Positions 59,549 through 64,000 of a stretch of DNA of 64,000 nucleotides are shown piece after piece. The translations under genes and the position numbers were made by a program. Position 1 is the stretch's first letter; each line of letters opens with the position of its first letter. Origin of the DNA: Longimicrobiales bacterium (GTDB taxonomy: Bacteria; Gemmatimonadota; Gemmatimonadetes; Longimicrobiales; Gaopeijiaceae). The notes beneath the pieces were generated by a model. That model did not search any database. It was not told where the DNA came from and saw only the letters and a list, made by a program, of their open reading frames with translations. The stretch covers positions 160,001 to 224,000 of the forward strand of contig OZ242008.1 in assembly GCA_965204735.1 (NCBI GenBank), given 5' to 3'.

Positions 59549-59794
59549 GTGATAAACTTTCTGGTCACTTTTGGCCGATGGTGGCTTGGGTTTGGATGCG
59601 GCTGGTGTTTCGCCATGACCTACGGCCCCTGGACGGTCTTGGTCGCTGTTCCAATGACGGTGTTGGTAGTGTGCACCGCGTTGTGGTTCTGCGGCTTTCG
59701 CGGGGCCGTGTTTGCCCTCTTCGGGGGCGATACGCCGACGCTTGTTCGTCCGGTTCCGGCCTGGCTCCTGCGAATCGCCCCATGGCTCCGATAG
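59549..59794 (+). CDS. Small Trp-rich 2-TM protein (immunity-like candidate)
   Basis: GGAGAGG RBS, GTG start, hydrophobic 81 aa. Confidence 0.6.
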   Translation: MINFLVTFGRWWLGFGCGWCFAMTYGPWTVLVAVPMTVLVVCTALWFCGFRGAVFALFGGDTPTLVRPVPAWLLRIAPWLR

Positions 59795-59804
59795 GTCCCG
59801 GCCC

Positions 59805-60980
59805 GTGAGTCGCGACTGTCCAGGTCCGTGCGTCGGTTTCGTGCCGATCTGGGCAGTCGCGACCATCGCAGCAACCCTGCTCGCTTCTTCCGCAGAGGCC
59901 CAATGGCGGCTGGGTCCGCCGGACTTGGTGATCGGCGAGGAAGCAGGGACGCTGTTCGACGACATAGCGGATGTGTTCGTCCGCGACGCTCGCATCTACG
60001 TGACGGACCGAGGCGCCCGCACGATTCGAGCGTTCGCTCGGGCGACCGGGCGCTTGGTCGCAACGGCGGGGCGTGAAGGCGAGGGCCCTGGCGAGTTTCG
60101 GTTTGTGGGCTGGGTAGACGACTGCGGTACCGACGCAATCGTCGCGTCGGACCACGGCTTGGACCGTGTGTCCGTCTTTACCCTGGATCTGGACCATGTT
60201 CGGACGTTCGCTCTGGGCGCCACGCGACTCGCTGCGATCCAGTGCGTTGGTTCGCGCGGATTCGTAGGAATCAAACGAAACCCCGATCCCCTGCTCCACC
60301 TTCGGGGGGAAATCCCAATGGAGCCGTACGTCGGTACGGTCGATCTCGTCCTGTTGGGGCCAGACGGTTCCCTCCAGCGGACGATCGGAAGATTCCCTGC
60401 TGAAGACCGATTCCGTGTGGCCATGCCCGACGGCCGGGGCTACAGCATACTCCCCCTCGTGTGGGGTCTGCGGCCGGTCTTCGAGTCCTTCCAGCAGGGG
60501 TTTGTCTTCGGAACAGGAGACTCGTGGTCGCTGGCCCGCTACGACGCGGAGGGCAACGTCTTGGACACGCTGGCGCTGGACCAGAGCCGTCTCGCCGTTG
60601 CGCGTGCCCATGTCGACGAGCATGCCCGGCGAGCGGTCGCGGCCAGCCGCAACCCCGAACGCGATCGACGGTTCTACGCGGACTACCCGTTCCCTTCCCA
60701 CTTCCCCGCATACACCGATGTCGTCGCGTCGAAGAGCGGCTTCACCTGGGTAGAACAGTTCTCCGCACCTTACCCGGAAGCTGACCCTCACTGGAAGGTC
60801 TTCGCACCCGACCGCGCCTTGGCGGCTACTGCGGACTTGCCGAGAGGCTTCGAACTCATGTGGGTTGGGGACACGCAAGTCGCGGGAGTCGTGAGAGACG
60901 AACTGGGCGTCCAGAGCATGGAGCTGCGCCCCATCGTGCGCGTGGCGGAAAACGACCTATCGGCTCGAAGGAAGCCGTGA
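59805..60980 (+). CDS. 6-bladed beta-propeller protein, secreted
   Basis: Signal ..SAEA; AGREGEGPGEF; PL.WG..PV and RDELGVQ motifs resemble 300-1469; start uncertain. Confidence 0.8.
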   Translation: MSRDCPGPCVGFVPIWAVATIAATLLASSAEAQWRLGPPDLVIGEEAGTLFDDIADVFVRDARIYVTDRGARTIRAFARATGRLVATAGREGEGPGEFRFVGWVDDCGTDAIVASDHGLDRVSVFTLDLDHVRTFALGATRLAAIQCVGSRGFVGIKRNPDPLLHLRGEIPMEPYVGTVDLVLLGPDGSLQRTIGRFPAEDRFRVAMPDGRGYSILPLVWGLRPVFESFQQGFVFGTGDSWSLARYDAEGNVLDTLALDQSRLAVARAHVDEHARRAVAASRNPERDRRFYADYPFPSHFPAYTDVVASKSGFTWVEQFSAPYPEADPHWKVFAPDRALAATADLPRGFELMWVGDTQVAGVVRDELGVQSMELRPIVRVAENDLSARRKP

Positions 60981-61086
60981 ACGCCGTGAAGTCGGAGGCG
61001 GCGAAGGACTCCTGACTCCGGGCCGAGGGACCGGCCGGCGAGCAGGCGGTCGCGCTTCCGAGGGCTGGTCCAGTTCGTTTCCACGC
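60967..61086 (+). repeat. Right anchor repeat, copy 2 (relic of DEPTVV gene end EAVNAVKSEAAKDS*)
   Basis: Near-identical to 57223-57345. Confidence 0.9.
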
Positions 61087-61111
61087 GCCGAAGCAGTAGA
61101 TTGCAGGTGCC

Positions 61112-61588
61112 ATGACCCGAATCCGCGTCGCCGTCGCCCTGGTACCGCTCCTGTGCGGGGCGTGCCACGCCTACGCGCCGGCGTCTCCTTCCGCCGTCGG
61201 ACCCGGCGACCAGGTCCGCGCCCTCCTCACCGCCGAGCAGCTCGACCGCTTCCGGGGGGTGCTGCCGACCGACGCCCGGAGCGTGGAAGGCACAGTGCTC
61301 GAAGCGGTCCCGGGCGAGCTGCTGCTGGAAGTCCCCCTTCTCGTCCAAGCCGAAGGGCTGCGCGTCGAGTCGCTCCGGCAGCGGCTTCGCATCCCCGAGA
61401 CGGGATTGGCCGACTTGGAGTTCCGCACCCTCGCCCGGGGCCGAACCTGGGCCCTGGCCGGCGCTGCTGCCGCGCTGGTGGGGTACGTGACCTGGGACCA
61501 ATGGTTCTCCGACGCCAAGCGCGACCCCCAAGTGCTGCCCGGCCCGGTCAACGAGTTCTGGCGGGTCGTGGTCCCGGTTCCGCCGTGA
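61112..61588 (+). CDS. Hypothetical lipoprotein
   Basis: LCGAC lipobox-like motif; C-terminal TM helix. Confidence 0.65.
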   Translation: MTRIRVAVALVPLLCGACHAYAPASPSAVGPGDQVRALLTAEQLDRFRGVLPTDARSVEGTVLEAVPGELLLEVPLLVQAEGLRVESLRQRLRIPETGLADLEFRTLARGRTWALAGAAAALVGYVTWDQWFSDAKRDPQVLPGPVNEFWRVVVPVPP

Positions 61589-62010
61589 CCTCCATGCATC
61601 CGGCCGCAAGGCGCGCCGGCAGAACCCCGTCGCCCGTGGTCGGCCTGCCCCTGGGCGCCTTTCCGGCCCTGCTGGCGTTGATGGCGGCCGCCGTCGCGAC
61701 CGCCTGCGACGAGGACCCCATCGGCTCGCCCCTCTCGATTGAGCTGGCGGGTCCCGGCGCCGGCGTCGTCGGCGAAGAGCTGGCGGTGCAGTACCAAGTG
61801 CGCGGCCGCCAGCTCCTGGGCGTCGTCTTCACCTGGGGCGACGGCGCCGCCGACACCCTCGCCACCGAGGGCGCCCAGAGCGCCGCCGGCACGCGACGCC
61901 ACACCTACCGCTCTGCTGGCGTCTACACCGTCCAGGCCCGGGCCCAGGACGCGGTGGAAGGCGTCGCGACCGCCGAAGCGTCGATTCGGGTGGAGGACGC
62001 CGGTTCCTGA
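61585..62010 (+). CDS. PKD domain lipoprotein
   Basis: ATAC lipobox; FTWGDG..HTYRSAGVYTV. Confidence 0.75.
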   Translation: MTSMHPAARRAGRTPSPVVGLPLGAFPALLALMAAAVATACDEDPIGSPLSIELAGPGAGVVGEELAVQYQVRGRQLLGVVFTWGDGAADTLATEGAQSAAGTRRHTYRSAGVYTVQARAQDAVEGVATAEASIRVEDAGS

Positions 62011-62094
62011 CCGGCGGCGTCTTCGCCGCCCGGCCACGACAGGCGCTCGCCCCGCCATGACAGGCTGAGCACGGCGCGCCACGGGGCCGATCCT

Positions 62095-62146
62095 GGCGGA
62101 AAGTGACCTATCGAGGGAACGGCTCTCCAGCGTTCTCGAAGTGTTC
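62095..62146 (+). promoter_or_regulatory. Degenerate class A motif upstream of the sigma-AraC fusion
   Basis: AAAGTGACCT..GCGTTC with the same 26-nt TGACCT-to-GCGTTC offset as the class A copies. Confidence 0.45.
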
Positions 62147-62229
62147 GCGGGCTGGACCGGAACACGTCCGGGAACCTTTGGCGGTTTGCGGAGTATCACT
62201 GTCAGTAACCGCCAACAGGGGGCCGCCCA

Positions 62230-63633
62230 ATGGACGCTGCTTCGCCAATCGACTCGACCGCCGACACGCCGAAGGCAACCGAGAGACCACCCACGCTCGC
62301 CGAGCTGGAACGCTTCCGAGCCGCCGACCCCGCCCTCCTGCGGGAGTGGCTCGCGGAGGTGGAGCCACGCCTGATCGGGACGATAGCGGGCTGGGCCGCC
62401 GATCCCGCCCACGCGGACGACCTGCTGCAGGAGGTCCAGGTCCGCATCTACCGGCGGCGGGCAGGCTTTTCCGGCTCCGGCACGTTCGCGCGGTGGGCGG
62501 ACAAGGTCTGCCTGAACATCTGTCGCACCGATCAGCGCATGAGGGCGCGCAATCGGGCGGTGCCGATCGACCAGTGCCCGGAGATCGCGGACGACGCGCC
62601 CGGTCCCGCGGAGCAGTTCCAGAGCCGCCTGCGGGCCGCGACGGTTCGCGAGGCCGTCGAACGGCTGGACGAGAGGGAGCGGGAAGCGGTCGTCGCCTGT
62701 CACCTCGAGGAGCTGCCGACGGCCGAGGTCGCCCGAACGATGAAGACGACCGAACAGGTCGTCAGAACCCTGGTCCACCGGGGCTTCCGGAAGCTCAGGA
62801 GCATGGACGACGTGACGGAGTTCATGATCGGCTCCAACAGCCGCGCGCCACAAGCGTCCTCCGTTCTCGCGCTCCAATCGGACTGCCGGCTTCGGACTCG
62901 GTTGCGGACGGGCGTGCGGGCCGGGGCCGTCCACGGCTTGGTGGAAGGCGTCCACTTCGCCTCCGGCTGGAGCGACCTGCGGGAGTTGGCGCTCCGCTTC
63001 AGTGGTTCGCCCGCGTTCGTGGACCCCTCGCATCCCTCGGCGGAGGAACGACGAGACCCAGCGGCGTGGTTGCAGCAGGCGGTGCCGGAGTGTCCTCTGA
63101 TCCGCTACGGGAAGGGCGGCGCCAAGTCGCCGGCCACGGACGCCGAGTTCGTCGCGCGTCTGACGCCCGGCGACAACGACAGCCTCGTGGCGATCGGCAC
63201 TGCGGTGCTTCTGGCCGCCAACTACGACTTGGTGCGCAACCTGCTGGCGAACCTCGGGAAGGTCGCTCCCGTCGAAGCTCGAGAGCTTCTGGGGAGCGTC
63301 GTTCGCCGCACGGTGTTCCCGTGCACGGTCGGGGCACTGGCGACGAGCTGGGGAACCAGCGTGGCGATGGTAGGGCGGCGGTGCCGGGCGTGGGGACTGC
63401 CGAAGCCCAAGAGACTCGTCTTGCTGGCACGCCTCTTTCACGTGCAGAGGCTGGCCGAATGGAGCGGTCGGCCGCCGGGCGCGATCGCCCTCGCCCTGGG
63501 CTACTCGGCCTACTCCAACTACGCGCGGTGCGTGCGAAGGGAGATGGAGTGCACGTCGTCGGAGGTCGCCCAACGCGGCGGAGCGGCCTACGTGGCCGCG
63601 AGACTGATCGACGAGGTTGGGGACTCCCGATGA
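62230..63633 (+). CDS. ECF sigma factor - AraC-like HTH fusion protein
   Basis: ADDLLQEV..FSGSGTFARW..CLN (region 2), EVARTM..VRTLVHRGFRKL (region 4), then TVGALA..GLPKPKRL..ALALGYSAYSNY. Confidence 0.8.
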   Translation: MDAASPIDSTADTPKATERPPTLAELERFRAADPALLREWLAEVEPRLIGTIAGWAADPAHADDLLQEVQVRIYRRRAGFSGSGTFARWADKVCLNICRTDQRMRARNRAVPIDQCPEIADDAPGPAEQFQSRLRAATVREAVERLDEREREAVVACHLEELPTAEVARTMKTTEQVVRTLVHRGFRKLRSMDDVTEFMIGSNSRAPQASSVLALQSDCRLRTRLRTGVRAGAVHGLVEGVHFASGWSDLRELALRFSGSPAFVDPSHPSAEERRDPAAWLQQAVPECPLIRYGKGGAKSPATDAEFVARLTPGDNDSLVAIGTAVLLAANYDLVRNLLANLGKVAPVEARELLGSVVRRTVFPCTVGALATSWGTSVAMVGRRCRAWGLPKPKRLVLLARLFHVQRLAEWSGRPPGAIALALGYSAYSNYARCVRREMECTSSEVAQRGGAAYVAARLIDEVGDSR

Positions 63634-63686
63634 GGCGGTCCAGCGCGAGCCGGTTCGCGCCCCTCGAGATCGAGGAATTCGCAGAG

Positions 63687-63731
63687 GTGCCAATTCTGAT
63701 ATACCACGCAGCGGGCGGGCGGCGTCTCCAT
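63687..63731 (+). promoter_or_regulatory. Class B promoter-like motif, independent copy
   Basis: GTGCCAATTCTGATATACCACG-N10-GCGGCGTCTCCAT; the flanks are unrelated to 55154. Confidence 0.7.
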
Positions 63732-63794
63732 CTACAAGACCCAATGCCCCCGTTTGGAAGTACGCGTTCCCCGCAACAAGGATCCCTGACTGAC

Positions 63795-64000
63795 ATGAAG
63801 ATGGAGCCCCGCCGCGCGACGCTTCTGGTCGCGGCGTTCGTCGCGTTGCCGTTGGCCACCGAACCGCTCTCGGCCCAGACCGTGCTGGCCGCTCGGGCCG
63901 GCATGTCCTTCGCAACCCTCGCCTACAGCTCCAACCCGGGCGTCGACATCGGCTACCGCCGAGGCGTGTCGGTCGACCTGTCGGCCACGTGGTACCCGGC
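63795..64000 (+). CDS. Secreted/outer-membrane beta-barrel (porin-like) protein, partial
   Basis: MKMEPRRATLLVAAFVALPLATEPLSAQTVLAARAGMSFATL..; runs off the window. Confidence 0.55.
   Translation, partial: MKMEPRRATLLVAAFVALPLATEPLSAQTVLAARAGMSFATLAYSSNPGVDIGYRRGVSVDLSATWYP

Noticed and set aside
63262..63279. 16/18 match to the core of the 28-bp island repeat
   Set aside because: Inside coding sequence, short, and plausible by chance.

Overview
GC-rich bacterial window. The gene repertoire (DUF2723, HD-sigma70-rsgA-sbcD cluster, many 6-bladed beta-propeller lipoproteins, multiheme-TPR) suggests Gemmatimonadota (inference). A housekeeping backbone (mmsA-aminotransferase-putP-amidohydrolase, sigma70, rsgA, trpE, ctaA, acyl-CoA dehydrogenase and others) is interrupted by several visibly less GC-rich accessory inserts. 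The most striking structure is a candidate regulon. An ECF sigma factor and an AraC-like HTH protein occur once as an adjacent pair (34444-35754) and once fused into one protein (62230-63633). Each is followed by its own bipartite promoter-like motif. The same two motifs recur in front of dispersed cargo: beta-propeller genes and a tandem two-unit cassette array (about 54115-61086). In that array, fixed anchor repeats enclose variable cargo encoding secreted Cys-ladder hairpin proteins, each followed by a small membrane protein (toxin/immunity-like or signal-like). Other notable items: a 6.3 kb island bounded by a 28-bp direct repeat, an Stf3-like sulfotransferase beside a GOLPH3/GPP34-P450 fusion, a degenerate SbcD-SbcC fusion, an ABC-ATPase/Toprim(DUF3226) pair and an internally deleted type ISP R-M gene. 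No rRNA, tRNA, CRISPR array, integrase or transposase was recognised. All family assignments are by eye; no searches were run.
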